Source: an uncultured Nitrososphaerota archaeon (GTDB lineage: Archaea; Asgardarchaeota; Njordarchaeia; Njordarchaeales; Panguiarchaeaceae). From it: DNA of 34,067 bases. Below, in pieces: positions 9,930 through 20,218 of this stretch. The stretch spans positions 68,804 through 102,870 of the forward strand of contig CAZWPQ010000004.1 of assembly GCA_964636085.1 (NCBI GenBank), given 5' to 3'. Every line of letters starts with the position of its first letter. The stretch's first letter is position 1. A program made the translations under genes and the position numbers. Under the pieces are notes generated by a model. That model was not told where the DNA came from. It was given only the letters and a program-made list of their open reading frames with translations, and ran no database searches.

Positions 9930-11168
9930 ATGATCAGGGTTGCCATACTAGCAGACGCCATGGAATATGGCGCGATGAGCATAAAGAACTACATTAGAAA
10001 CATCCTTGAATGCGTAGCAAAAAGACTTCTTGATAAACTTGGGGATGAATTTAGGCTAATAATTATTCATCATGGTAATACCCTATATCCAGACAACCCT
10101 CATATTGATGAAATAATAATTCCATTTCCAGGAAAGATAAAGAGTAGGAATATAGCCACTATGGGCATATTGTATGGGGGTAAAGTAGCATATAATTTCT
10201 TGAGAAATATGTTGATTAGGCGACTTTTGAAGAGACGTGGTGTAGATTTGTTGCATATTCCACATCTAAGTGGCGCGGAGGCACCATCGCTGGCATTTTT
10301 TGGAGATCACAGAGTTATTGTTACACTGCATGGTGTATCTCCTCTCGTGTTATCCCCACGTGTTCACTATGAGGGATGGAAATATGTTAGATATGTCCAA
10401 GCAAGGATCGATGCACTGAAATGGAGGATGTTTTTCGGTAAGTACGTCAGGTTCATAATTACGGTCTCAGAATCAGCTAAGCGTAACATGGCTAGAACAC
10501 TAAATATCCCACTGGAACATATATATGTAGTTCATCATGGCGTGGATCATAAAACATTTAGGCCAATAAATAGAGAGAATGCTCGCGAATTTGTTAGAAC
10601 TAAGTATGGGGTTGATTATGATTTCATATTACACGCAAGTTTATATCAGCCAAAGAAAAATGTGAAGAGGATAATCAAGGCTTTTCTGTTGCTCAAGAAA
10701 AGGTATGGGGTTAAAGAAAAGCTCGTAATTTTGGGGAAACAACCAAGATCACTAATAACAGCGATACATAGACTTGGGCTGTCATCAGATATAGTATTCG
10801 TTGGTTATGTACCATATGAAGACTTGCCAATATTTTACAATGCAGCAAAATTGTTTGTTTTTCCATCCCTCCATGAGAGCTTTGGTATGCCAATATTGGA
10901 GGCCATGGCCTGTGGATGCCCAGTAATCACATCTAACATTTATGCATGCCCTGAAATAGCAGGAGATGCCGCCATAACGGTAAATCCATACGATGCCTAT
11001 GAGCTTGCCGAAGCTATATACCTTTTGCTAACAGATGATGACCTACGCGACAAAATCTCCAAAAAAAGTATCAGTAGGGCAAGAGAATTTACATGGGAGA
11101 AAGCCGCTGAGAAGCACATTGAGGTATATATCCGGGCATATCAATTCCTCAAGAAACGTAATCACTAA
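9930..11168 (+). CDS. Glycosyltransferase family 4
   Basis: PKKN and FVFPSLHESFGMPILEAMACG (Ex7E); GT-B size. Confidence 0.92.
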   Translation: MIRVAILADAMEYGAMSIKNYIRNILECVAKRLLDKLGDEFRLIIIHHGNTLYPDNPHIDEIIIPFPGKIKSRNIATMGILYGGKVAYNFLRNMLIRRLLKRRGVDLLHIPHLSGAEAPSLAFFGDHRVIVTLHGVSPLVLSPRVHYEGWKYVRYVQARIDALKWRMFFGKYVRFIITVSESAKRNMARTLNIPLEHIYVVHHGVDHKTFRPINRENAREFVRTKYGVDYDFILHASLYQPKKNVKRIIKAFLLLKKRYGVKEKLVILGKQPRSLITAIHRLGLSSDIVFVGYVPYEDLPIFYNAAKLFVFPSLHESFGMPILEAMACGCPVITSNIYACPEIAGDAAITVNPYDAYELAEAIYLLLTDDDLRDKISKKSISRAREFTWEKAAEKHIEVYIRAYQFLKKRNH

Positions 11169-11185
11169 TATAGAATAACTATACA

Positions 11186-12742
11186 TTATCTCGCTAGTTT
11201 CTCTAGGACCTTGATAACAAATGCAAGTTTTCTTGGTAGGATTTTTCTGAGAATTAGTATATCTATTGGCTTAAAGTACTTGAGATATGCAGAGGATATA
11301 AGAAGGAATAGTGGCAATGTTACTGCTATTGTAATCCTTAGGATGAACCTATAGTTAGATGCAATAGTGGCAAGTATGGATAATGGCACAACTAGTATTG
11401 TGATTTTTAGAACATCGATAAGATTGTTTGAGAAAATATCTTTAAAAGCTATCACGAGGAATATCAGAAGAAGCAAGTGTGATACCATAACAAGTAGCGC
11501 TAATAGCAATGGTGTCCATATATTAGTTGGGTTTCCATAGAGCAATAGCCCTATATATAGGGCTAAACGTATTAATAAGGCAGATACAAGGACAAGGAGA
11601 TATTTACGTACCCTTCCTAGTACTATGCTTATATTATATAGCAATGAAGCAATAATCGTTATTACTCCTATCACCATGAATAGTGGAAGGATCATATAGC
11701 CAATAGCATAATTGGCTCCTAGTAGAAGTGTTATCAGTTGATTTGCTATCGGTATAGAACCAACAAGAAGCATCGATAAAATCAAAAATGCATATCTAAG
11801 CGTCACACCGAGCGATCTATTAAATATCTCCACGTCACGAGCACGGGTATGTGTTAATGAACTAAATATTGATGCTATAGCGGGCCGAGACACTTCTGAG
11901 ATCAGAAGCCCAAATCTTGACACAGCTAGATATACGGCGACAACATCTAGTGGTACTAATAGTGTAATGAATAGTGAGTCTATCCTATTGTTTAATGGTA
12001 TTAGTGCTGATACAAGTGCGATAGGTAGTATTAGCCTATAGAATTCTCGGATAACTGGATTAGGATCGTTATTGAACTGAGATTCTGGACACACTTTATA
12101 GGAACGGGTAGAGACGACTACATAGACAAAGAATATAGATCCTAAGAGTGTCCATATCAAGGCAATAAGCATAATGTTTTGAGTAATCGCACCAGCGATA
12201 ATTCCCACTGGAACTATCAGTAGTGGTATATTGTTTAGTATTTGGAACTTTTCTAGGTCCATATAAATTCTTGGCCGCATAACATATACTCTTAAGACAA
12301 CCCTTATCATTATGAAGACAGCGGCTATCATTAGTAAATACATTGGGACTACCCAGCGACTAAGCGCATCTAGGATCACGAGAGAGAGGAAGGATATTGG
12401 TACACAAATCAGTATGGTAAGTCTTAGATATACTGAGGTAAGTGCCCCCAATTCGGCAATACTATTTTTTACGACGCATTCTGTCCCAAGTCTTGTATAT
12501 GCTAGGTTAAACCCAAGACTAGACATGGATAGTGATATAAACATAAATGAGGTTAATGTAAGGATAATGCCGACTTCCTCTCTGGTTAGGAGTCTTGCAA
12601 GCAGGCTGTACGACAGTATTACCAACAGTATCTTGGATAGCATAACCATTAATACGCCGTATGATGTAGCTTTAACCGTTATCCTAGAGAGCTTGCCCTC
12701 GATATTCATACTCTCTTGCGTTGGAATCACCACTGATTGCAA
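11186..12742 (-). CDS. Oligosaccharide flippase (Wzx/MOP family)
   Basis: About 13-14 hydrophobic segments; LARLLTREEVG, NRIDSLFI, VAVY motifs; glycan-locus context. Start uncertain (ATG 12709 possible). Confidence 0.8.
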   Translation of the reverse strand: MQSVVIPTQESMNIEGKLSRITVKATSYGVLMVMLSKILLVILSYSLLARLLTREEVGIILTLTSFMFISLSMSSLGFNLAYTRLGTECVVKNSIAELGALTSVYLRLTILICVPISFLSLVILDALSRWVVPMYLLMIAAVFIMIRVVLRVYVMRPRIYMDLEKFQILNNIPLLIVPVGIIAGAITQNIMLIALIWTLLGSIFFVYVVVSTRSYKVCPESQFNNDPNPVIREFYRLILPIALVSALIPLNNRIDSLFITLLVPLDVVAVYLAVSRFGLLISEVSRPAIASIFSSLTHTRARDVEIFNRSLGVTLRYAFLILSMLLVGSIPIANQLITLLLGANYAIGYMILPLFMVIGVITIIASLLYNISIVLGRVRKYLLVLVSALLIRLALYIGLLLYGNPTNIWTPLLLALLVMVSHLLLLIFLVIAFKDIFSNNLIDVLKITILVVPLSILATIASNYRFILRITIAVTLPLFLLISSAYLKYFKPIDILILRKILPRKLAFVIKVLEKLAR

Positions 12743-12760
12743 TAGCCATACTGTAGCTCC

Positions 12761-14152
12761 TCATTTCTTTCTCTCTAATAGTCTCCAATACCTATAATGC
12801 GTGCGTCTAGTATGTTTTATTCTCTTTTTAACATATTCCCTAAACATACTAGTTACATCTCTGTGTACGGTGGCAACATTGGTCTTTTCATACGGGTCCT
12901 TCCTTAGGTTGTATAGTTCTTCCCTTGGGGGTGTTGATTCATATAATATGTACTTCCATGGGTATAATATCGCAGAGACGGCTCGTCTCTCATCGTACCT
13001 TATTCGGCAGGACATCCTAAATCGATTGTAATATGATGCCTCGCTTAGAAGTATTATTCTCTTATAATCATCATTGTACAGCGGAAGCATCAAGCTTTCG
13101 GTCTTCACTTTCTTTCTTACTCCAACTAGGTGTAATACCGTGAAGAACAAATCTAATGTCGATACATATTTATCTATATCTCTCCGGGATAAAGCATTAG
13201 AATAGATTATCAGTGGTACATGGAGAAGTTCGTTATACATATGAGTAATGAATTTTCTCCCAGTATGTCCCAAGCCCCCATGCTCGTAGAATTCATCTCC
13301 GTGGTCAGAGACAAGCACAACCACCGTGTCATCCAATAAGTCATACTCGTCGAGTGTATTCCAGAGTACTTCAAGATTATCATCAAGGTATCTTATCTCG
13401 CCATCATATAGGCTTCTGAATTTTTGGACAACTCTCGAGGTTATGTTTACATCTACTCCATGAAGGAATTTTGCCAACAATTTGTTGTAGTGTCTCGCCT
13501 CCGCAAGTGTTATTTCATCACCATCAACTAGTAGACAGTATCTCAGGTATGGAGGCATGTATGGACTATGCGGGTCCATAAAATGAAACCACATGAAAAA
13601 GTTTCTATGTCTAATAATGCTTTTAGCCTTCTCGAGGAACTCTCTAATAAACCCTACAAATTGCTGGGCATCCATGTAGTGGCGTCTCTTAAATTTTAAT
13701 GGAAGTTTTTTGACCATTCTATACAATATCTTCTCGACGATCGGCCCAACATACTTTATACGCATAATTTTTCGCTTGATTGGCTCTCTATACTTCATCT
13801 CCATATAGAATTTAAAACCCCTAGAAAAGCCATAGATACGGGAGAGTACTGGTGTGTTGGGGAAACCTATCGTGATATACCCGTTCTCCCTGAATATCTG
13901 AGCCATCGTGACTAGATAATAGATGTTATCGTAACCACCCTTACTAAATGGTAGATGCCCAGTAAATATAGATTTGAACGCCGGCTTCGTGTACGGCCCA
14001 GTGGAATATGCATTTTTATAGACAACAGACTTCGAAGCTAGCTTATCGATGAATGGCGTTGTTTTTCTTGGGTATCCATAATAGCCCACATGATCCGCAC
14101 GTAGCGCATCAATAGTTATAAGTATCATGTTTCGTTTATCCATCCACATCAC
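12761..14152 (-). CDS. Sulfatase-like hydrolase/transferase (Thr at the nucleophile position)
   Basis: ILITIDALRADH, YTKPAFKSIFTG, HFMDPHSPY, YDGEIRYLD, VSDHGDEF, HVPLII, ELYNLRKDPYE. Confidence 0.88.
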   Translation of the reverse strand: MMWMDKRNMILITIDALRADHVGYYGYPRKTTPFIDKLASKSVVYKNAYSTGPYTKPAFKSIFTGHLPFSKGGYDNIYYLVTMAQIFRENGYITIGFPNTPVLSRIYGFSRGFKFYMEMKYREPIKRKIMRIKYVGPIVEKILYRMVKKLPLKFKRRHYMDAQQFVGFIREFLEKAKSIIRHRNFFMWFHFMDPHSPYMPPYLRYCLLVDGDEITLAEARHYNKLLAKFLHGVDVNITSRVVQKFRSLYDGEIRYLDDNLEVLWNTLDEYDLLDDTVVVLVSDHGDEFYEHGGLGHTGRKFITHMYNELLHVPLIIYSNALSRRDIDKYVSTLDLFFTVLHLVGVRKKVKTESLMLPLYNDDYKRIILLSEASYYNRFRMSCRIRYDERRAVSAILYPWKYILYESTPPREELYNLRKDPYEKTNVATVHRDVTSMFREYVKKRIKHTRRTHYRYWRLLERKK

Positions 14153-14367
14153 ACGGCCTACACTTCACTATAGTATTCTATTATTCTCCATTTTATAGGA
14201 ATGATACCACAGAGATACCAACAATGGAGGTTCTGAAAATTTTGCTTTCTGATTCTAGTCCCCTGTCGGTGATTCCGAAACCCCATCAAAAATCTAAGAA
14301 TCAGTGCGACGGTCATATTGAGTGAATTCGTCGACAAAAATTGCTTCATCAATAATGACATGCAGTA

Positions 14368-15438
14368 TTAGAACTCTATCATACTTGTCTCGCCGATAAT
14401 TAGTCTGAGGCCCCTTTTTCTGGATGATCTCTTGATAACCAAAGCGTTTGCGCCTATTATACTATCAACGATTCTAACATCATCCGCAAGATCCAGTTGT
14501 GCTCCAACCATTATGAGGGAGCCTAGGATCTCACCACCAACAATTTTTACATTGTCCTCTATAGATGTATATGGTCCAATAAATGTATTAGGTCCTATGG
14601 TGCAGTTATCCCCTATGTAGACTGGGCCCCTTATCGTGGTGTTCTCCAGAACCCTTGTATTTTCGCCTATGTGTACTCTACCTAATATCTCGGCATCCTC
14701 TGAAATTTCCCCATGTATTTCTTCTTCTAGTGTGTCTAATATAAGGTATAGCGCCTCAAGTAGATCCCTTGGTTTTCCAGTATCTTTCCACCAGCCCCTA
14801 ATTATCCTATGTTCGACCTTATAGTTATTGTCTATGAGCCACTGAATAGCGTCCGTTATCTCGAGCTCGCCCCGCCATGAAGGCTTTAGATGTTTGATGG
14901 CCTCGAATATCTTCTCCCGAAAGAAATATACACCAACGAGTGCATAGTTGCTTGGAGGCTCTTTTGGCTTCTCCACGAGTCTGACTACTTTTCCATCTTT
15001 TATTTCGGCCACTCCAAATCTGGTTGGATCCCTTGTATATGCCAATAAAATTAGGGCATCATAATCTTCTGACTCAAATTCTTTCTTAAATTGTGTTATG
15101 CCCTCCTTTAATATATTATCGCCCAGATATACGACAAATGGCTCATCACCAATATATTCCCTTGATACACTTATCGCATGAGCGATTCCTAGTTGTGGTT
15201 CTTGGACAATATAGCTAAATCTCGCACCAAACTTGCTTCCATCACCGAAATATTCCATTATCTTCCTTTTGAGATAGCCAACAACAATGCCGATATCCCT
15301 CACTCCAGCCTCAATTAAGTGATCCAGAGAGTACTGCATCATTGGTTTTCCCGCAAGTGGTATCATATGCTTCGGTAACGTGTGTGTTATAGGCCTTAGT
15401 CTTGTTCCCTTGCCGGCGACCAAAACTAGGCCTTTCAT
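14368..15438 (-). CDS. rmlA: Glucose-1-phosphate thymidylyltransferase, long form with left-handed beta-helix
   Basis: AGKGTRLRPIT...PK, QEPQLGIAHA, YLGDN, VEKPKEPPSN, RGELEITDAI, WWKDTG. Confidence 0.93.
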   Translation of the reverse strand: MKGLVLVAGKGTRLRPITHTLPKHMIPLAGKPMMQYSLDHLIEAGVRDIGIVVGYLKRKIMEYFGDGSKFGARFSYIVQEPQLGIAHAISVSREYIGDEPFVVYLGDNILKEGITQFKKEFESEDYDALILLAYTRDPTRFGVAEIKDGKVVRLVEKPKEPPSNYALVGVYFFREKIFEAIKHLKPSWRGELEITDAIQWLIDNNYKVEHRIIRGWWKDTGKPRDLLEALYLILDTLEEEIHGEISEDAEILGRVHIGENTRVLENTTIRGPVYIGDNCTIGPNTFIGPYTSIEDNVKIVGGEILGSLIMVGAQLDLADDVRIVDSIIGANALVIKRSSRKRGLRLIIGETSMIEF

Positions 15439-15585
15439 AAGCCATCATCAAAATATATATTTTTGGCAATCTAAAGCAAAATTATCAACAAATATTACTT
15501 CAAAATTTCCGTATTTTGTATTTTCAAGAGTCATCAACTATGTTATGGATAACCATATTTTCCATTACTATGAGCAACCTGTTAT

Positions 15586-16605
15586 CTAGAGTATTCTCCC
15601 ATTAAGCTCTACTTGCTTTACCAGAGAGTATACATCCAAAAGATACTTGTACCACTTTACAGTAATTGTCCTTATGTCGTCTATTACCTCCCCCCTTTCC
15701 AATGCATGATAAATTTCTCTTGCTGCGTCTTTAACAGTATATTTAGCCTTAAATCCTAGCTCTTGGGAAATCTTTGTGAAATCAACCATGTATGATCTTG
15801 TATCCTTATCGCCGTAAAATTCTATCTCGTATGGTTTTTGTAGTGCATCCCCTATTTCTTTTGCCAGATCTAATATCTTATAATTTTGATCATTGCTTCC
15901 AACATTGAATATTTCTCCATTAACAATTTCCTCATCTGCCTCTATTATTGACAGAATCGCCCTAGATATATCTCTGACATGCACCAGAGGCCTCATCTGG
16001 GATCCGTCACCACCAACACGGATTTTGCCAGTCTTGTATAGATGCAATACCATGGCATTAACTACTAAATCAAACCTCATCCTGTATGATAGTCCATAGG
16101 CTGTGGCAAATCTTAGTATTGTAACACAGAGATCTCTGGACGCTAAGGGCATCAAATCTTTTTCGGCTAAAATGGCAGATTTTGCATAGGTTGTGAGGGG
16201 ATTTGGGTCGGAGTCCTCTCTAACTATCTTCTTCTGAAAACCATAGACACTACAAGTTGATGCGAATATATATCTTTTTACACCATACTCTCTGCTTAGT
16301 CTAGCTACCCTCATCCTGCCCAAATAATTTATATCATAGGTCTTAGCAGGATCCAATTCACCTGCAGGATCATTAGATATTGCGGCAAGATCTATTACAA
16401 CATCCACATCAGTAAGAATTTTAGGGTCAAACCACCTGATATCATCCTTTACCAATTTAAAGTGAGGATCCCCCAATAACTCCTTAATTGGATCCAATCC
16501 GAAGAATAGTCTATCAAGACATACTACATCATATCCCCTCTCGATAAGAACTCTCATCAGTACTGATCCTATATACCCGGCCCCACCTGTTACAAGGACT
16601 CTCAT
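15586..16605 (-). CDS. NAD-dependent nucleotide-sugar epimerase/dehydratase (extended SDR)
   Basis: TGGAGYIG, LAAISND, STCSVYG, YAKSA, RPLVHVRD. Lacks the RmlB STDEVYG motif. Confidence 0.88.
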   Translation of the reverse strand: MRVLVTGGAGYIGSVLMRVLIERGYDVVCLDRLFFGLDPIKELLGDPHFKLVKDDIRWFDPKILTDVDVVIDLAAISNDPAGELDPAKTYDINYLGRMRVARLSREYGVKRYIFASTCSVYGFQKKIVREDSDPNPLTTYAKSAILAEKDLMPLASRDLCVTILRFATAYGLSYRMRFDLVVNAMVLHLYKTGKIRVGGDGSQMRPLVHVRDISRAILSIIEADEEIVNGEIFNVGSNDQNYKILDLAKEIGDALQKPYEIEFYGDKDTRSYMVDFTKISQELGFKAKYTVKDAAREIYHALERGEVIDDIRTITVKWYKYLLDVYSLVKQVELNGRIL

Positions 16606-16615
16606 CTATGCCACC

Positions 16616-17512
16616 TCAACCATAATACTTCTCATATTCCTCTCTTAATATGCTCATGGCAAGATTCATCGAGTAGAAATCGACTTTGAGTCTTTTCTTT
16701 GTATTTTCACAATTTAAGCTAGAGTCCCTAGGCCTCTTAGCTTTCCATAATACATCATCCATACTACCCTTCTTTATTAGATTTCTATCCAGACCTAAAG
16801 CTGTGGCAACCCTTATCGCAAAGTCATATCTACTAAGTCTTTCCCCAACAATATGGAATACCCCTGTTAACCCTTTTTCATAGATCTCCAAAATTGCTTC
16901 CGCAAGCAGAGTGCTATTCGTGGGAGATAAAAATTGATCTATGAACGCCCTGACCTCCTTCCCAGAGGATAAATTTTCGATTAAAAACCTGGCAAAATTT
17001 TTTCTTCCAGGACCCAGGCCATATATTGCACTAGCCCTTACGATGGCAACTCTATCATTGGCAGAAAGCGATGCGACCTCACCTAAGAGCTTTGTTAGTC
17101 CATAGAAGTTTATTGGGTAGGTGGGATCAGTCTCTTTGTAATTTCCTCTTGAACCATCAAATACATAGTCTGTAGATAGATATACCAAGAACGCATCCAA
17201 TTTCGCCGAGATTTTAGCAATGTTTTCTGAAGCCAAATAATTTACTCTCCATGCATATTGGCGATTTATTTCACAACCATCAACGTCACCATAGGCGGCG
17301 ATATGAAATATAGCATCGGGGCTTATTTTATGAAAAATTTCCCATACCCGCCCGTGGTCAGTAATGTCGAGCTTAATTTTCTTAAGATTCCTGTGCCCAT
17401 AGGGTATTTCATGCGTAAGGTAAAACCCATAGACTTGGTATCCTCTCTCCAATGCTAAGAGAACTAGCTTATAACCTGGTTGCGAACTGGCACCCGTCAC
17501 AATTATTCTCAT
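16616..17512 (-). CDS. rmlD: dTDP-4-dehydrorhamnose reductase family
   Basis: AAYGDVDGCE, YLSTDYVFDG, PINFYGLTK, DQFLSPT, AKRPRDSSL; start refined to ATG 17512. Confidence 0.88.
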   Translation of the reverse strand: MRIIVTGASSQPGYKLVLLALERGYQVYGFYLTHEIPYGHRNLKKIKLDITDHGRVWEIFHKISPDAIFHIAAYGDVDGCEINRQYAWRVNYLASENIAKISAKLDAFLVYLSTDYVFDGSRGNYKETDPTYPINFYGLTKLLGEVASLSANDRVAIVRASAIYGLGPGRKNFARFLIENLSSGKEVRAFIDQFLSPTNSTLLAEAILEIYEKGLTGVFHIVGERLSRYDFAIRVATALGLDRNLIKKGSMDDVLWKAKRPRDSSLNCENTKKRLKVDFYSMNLAMSILREEYEKYYG

Positions 17513-17535
17513 CCAGTAGCACCAAAAAAGGGGGG

Positions 17536-18084
17536 CTAACGATGAGGTGGGTAAAACCAATCCCAAGATTTTCCGACGCGAGGGTCATCCTTTTTTCCAT
17601 TAATGGCCACAGGAACAATGCTAGGATCGTTATAAGGCCTCCTGAGCTCATCAGGATTCTCATAATCATAGAGTTTTGACACGAAATAGATCAATATAAC
17701 TGGCTCCGCCGATACAACTTTATACCCATGCCAATAGTGTCCAGGAATGCGTAGAATTTGTCTCCTTTGCTCAGATAAAACCACCTCAACTAAATGGCCC
17801 TTAGTGGGCGAGTCTTCCCTATCATCGTATGCACATATCTTCGCGGCACCTTTTACTACAAAGAAGTAATCTACCTGGCCCCTAACATGTCTATGCCATG
17901 CCCTTACAATCCCAGGATAGCTAAATGATAAGTTCGCTTGTACAATATTATCATCCCCCAGCAACTCTTTCCAGTCAATTCTCATTATCTCTGTAAAGGA
18001 TCCTCTATCATCTGGGAATGTAACGAGGTCAACAATTCTAACCCCAGGGAGATAAAGCTCCTTGACCTTTGTTAGTAGTGGCAT
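17536..18084 (-). CDS. rmlC: dTDP-4-dehydrorhamnose 3,5-epimerase family (cupin)
   Basis: DDRGSFTE, QANLSFSYPGIVRAWH, DDREDSPT, IPGHYWHG. Confidence 0.88.
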   Translation of the reverse strand: MPLLTKVKELYLPGVRIVDLVTFPDDRGSFTEIMRIDWKELLGDDNIVQANLSFSYPGIVRAWHRHVRGQVDYFFVVKGAAKICAYDDREDSPTKGHLVEVVLSEQRRQILRIPGHYWHGYKVVSAEPVILIYFVSKLYDYENPDELRRPYNDPSIVPVAINGKKDDPRVGKSWDWFYPPHR

Positions 18085-18139
18085 ATACATCACCCAAGCC
18101 AACGCATATATGGTTAGTGAATAAACTTATACAATTTGT

Positions 18140-19039
18140 TTATCCAATCTGTTCAATATGTATCTGATCTGGCTTTCCTATCGGGACAGTAATCATTTGT
18201 CTATTCTTAATGGGGATCCATCCCTCCACTGGAAAGTCTTTCCTTATTGTTCTGACAACATCTATCCATTCGGGCCCTGTTATAGGCTCTGATGATATAA
18301 ACGTCATTATCTCATTACTACGCTTCTTTAGAATCTTTCCTGCTGGAGAGAGGCCCGTTCTCTTCATATAATAAAGGGTATACTTTTGCTCATATTCCTC
18401 CCTCTCCTCATTGTAGTACCTAAAAGCATACAAGTACCTATGGCTTCCCATTATGAAGTTTAACGAGTGATAATCCGTGATAGTTCCACTACTCAACAAA
18501 TGTTCTAACGTGTTTATCACGTTCCGTGGCTCCTCCCCACCGTATTCCCTTAGTTCATGCATAAATATCTTGAAGAAAACCTCGCTATCAACACCATAGC
18601 TACTTAGTGCAAACACACGGCCACGATACTCCAATATTTTATCCTGTGGCCTTACTCTCACCCTTGTTCTATCAAATTTTACATAGCCATTCTGTATGAA
18701 CACCCATCTAAAACCAATAATCTCATCCACAAATGGATGTGCATTATCTAGCTTGGGTCCTTGGAGAGAGTATTCTGGATATGTAGACATCCTAGCATGT
18801 ATAATCATAGCCTTTGTGCGGGTCCAATTGATGAGTTTTTTTAACTCCGCAGATTCCCATAGAGGATTTTCATCCCTTTTAAACTCCCATCTTCCCGTCT
18901 GTACCCACGCAATGCCACACCCATGCCTATGACATATTCCCTTTTCGTTGCATAGCTTCTTTAGAATGTTACTTAAGATTTCAAACGTGAAGTTGAGATA
19001 AGTGTCAAAATTGCTGGTCATCCCGAGCAATCTACACAA
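18140..19039 (-). CDS. Class II glutamine amidotransferase/Ntn hydrolase (YafJ/EgtC-like)
   Basis: TTG start gives MCRLLG (Cys at position 2); HGCGIAW, HARMST, NAHPF, QNG, DSE, LNF, SSEPI. Confidence 0.85.
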   Translation of the reverse strand: MCRLLGMTSNFDTYLNFTFEILSNILKKLCNEKGICHRHGCGIAWVQTGRWEFKRDENPLWESAELKKLINWTRTKAMIIHARMSTYPEYSLQGPKLDNAHPFVDEIIGFRWVFIQNGYVKFDRTRVRVRPQDKILEYRGRVFALSSYGVDSEVFFKIFMHELREYGGEEPRNVINTLEHLLSSGTITDYHSLNFIMGSHRYLYAFRYYNEEREEYEQKYTLYYMKRTGLSPAGKILKKRSNEIMTFISSEPITGPEWIDVVRTIRKDFPVEGWIPIKNRQMITVPIGKPDQIHIEQIG

Positions 19040-19134
19040 TTCAACCACCTACTCACATGCTTCGATTCTCTAAAAAATCACAATATAATGTATATATAAT
19101 TGAATAAATACAGTCATCCGCACCATAAGGTATT

Positions 19135-19854
19135 TTAATCCCTGCAGACATAGAAATGAAGAACAACATTATGTCCGCATAATTCGACTCTATATAATTT
19201 TAGTCTAGGGGATTCTTCCACTCTCCCAAATACGGCCCCTCTAACCATGGAGATTGCCCCGTCTTCACCGAATATTACTGGGGATATTGCAACCCTTATA
19301 ATGTCCACAAGGCCCTCCTTGAAGAATTCTCCCAAGACATATCCGCCACCCTCTACCATTAAGGAATTTACATTATGTTGCTGTTTAAGGTATTCTAGCA
19401 GTCTTCTTATGTCTACTTTTTCATCGCCGATGACTATGACTTCTGCACCCATATTTCTTATCTCCTTAATTTTCTCTTCAGGAGCCAGCTTTGTTGTGGC
19501 TATTATTGTAGGTACATCCCTCTTCCTTACCAAAACTTGAGCGTTTATAGGTATTCTACATTTACTATCTAGAACTACCCTTATGGGATGCCTATCGCTT
19601 TGATAGTACTTACTACTAACAGTGAGATGTGGATCGTCGGCAATTATGGTATTGATTCCAACGAGAATTGCATCGACCATACTCCTTAATTTATGTACCT
19701 CAACTTTATCCTCATAGCTTGACAAACGCGTATCCCCCATACTAGACGCTAATTTACCGTCAAGACTTATCGCACAACTGACTATGACAAGGGGCCTCCA
19801 AGGCTCATGCTTTATGTCTGGTAGTTGTTGCTGAAAAAGTATACTGCAACCCAT
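19135..19854 (-). CDS. RibD C-terminal/Rib7-type pyrimidine nucleotide reductase (riboflavin synthesis)
   Basis: AISLDGK, VHKLRSMVDAILVGINTIIADDPHLT, PIRVVLDS, LMVEGG. Confidence 0.88.
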   Translation of the reverse strand: MGCSILFQQQLPDIKHEPWRPLVIVSCAISLDGKLASSMGDTRLSSYEDKVEVHKLRSMVDAILVGINTIIADDPHLTVSSKYYQSDRHPIRVVLDSKCRIPINAQVLVRKRDVPTIIATTKLAPEEKIKEIRNMGAEVIVIGDEKVDIRRLLEYLKQQHNVNSLMVEGGGYVLGEFFKEGLVDIIRVAISPVIFGEDGAISMVRGAVFGRVEESPRLKLYRVELCGHNVVLHFYVCRD

Positions 19855-19977
19855 ATGATACCCTCAAACAATATTGAATACACAAATAAATACATATCAT
19901 CTACATGAAAACTGGTCAGAAAAATAGACTTAAAGTATTTAAGTATTATTTAGGGATTCATATTTTTGGTGCGTAAG

Positions 19978-20175
19978 ATGAATAATGAAGATATTGTTTC
20001 TATTCTTGAGGATGTCCGCTCAAAAATGAAGACGGCTTTAGATTTGGCAAAGAATATTGAGGAGATAGATGAGGACACTGTAAATAAGGTTGTAAACCTT
20101 ATAAACGAGATCGTTAGAATGGCAGACAAAGTCGCTGACTATGTCATAGGATTACTCGAATCGGAGGAGCTATAG
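19978..20175 (+). CDS. Small acidic helical hypothetical protein (~65 aa)
   Basis: GGTG RBS before ATG 19978; amphipathic helical pattern; first gene of the moaD run. Confidence 0.6.
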   Translation: MNNEDIVSILEDVRSKMKTALDLAKNIEEIDEDTVNKVVNLINEIVRMADKVADYVIGLLESEEL

Positions 20176-20218
20176 AACAACACACATACATGCCCCTGAT
20201 AGATATTTGGTAGATATT

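Noticed and set aside
15586-16605. Calling this gene rmlB
   Set aside because: Lacks the catalytic Asp-Glu of dTDP-glucose 4,6-dehydratase.
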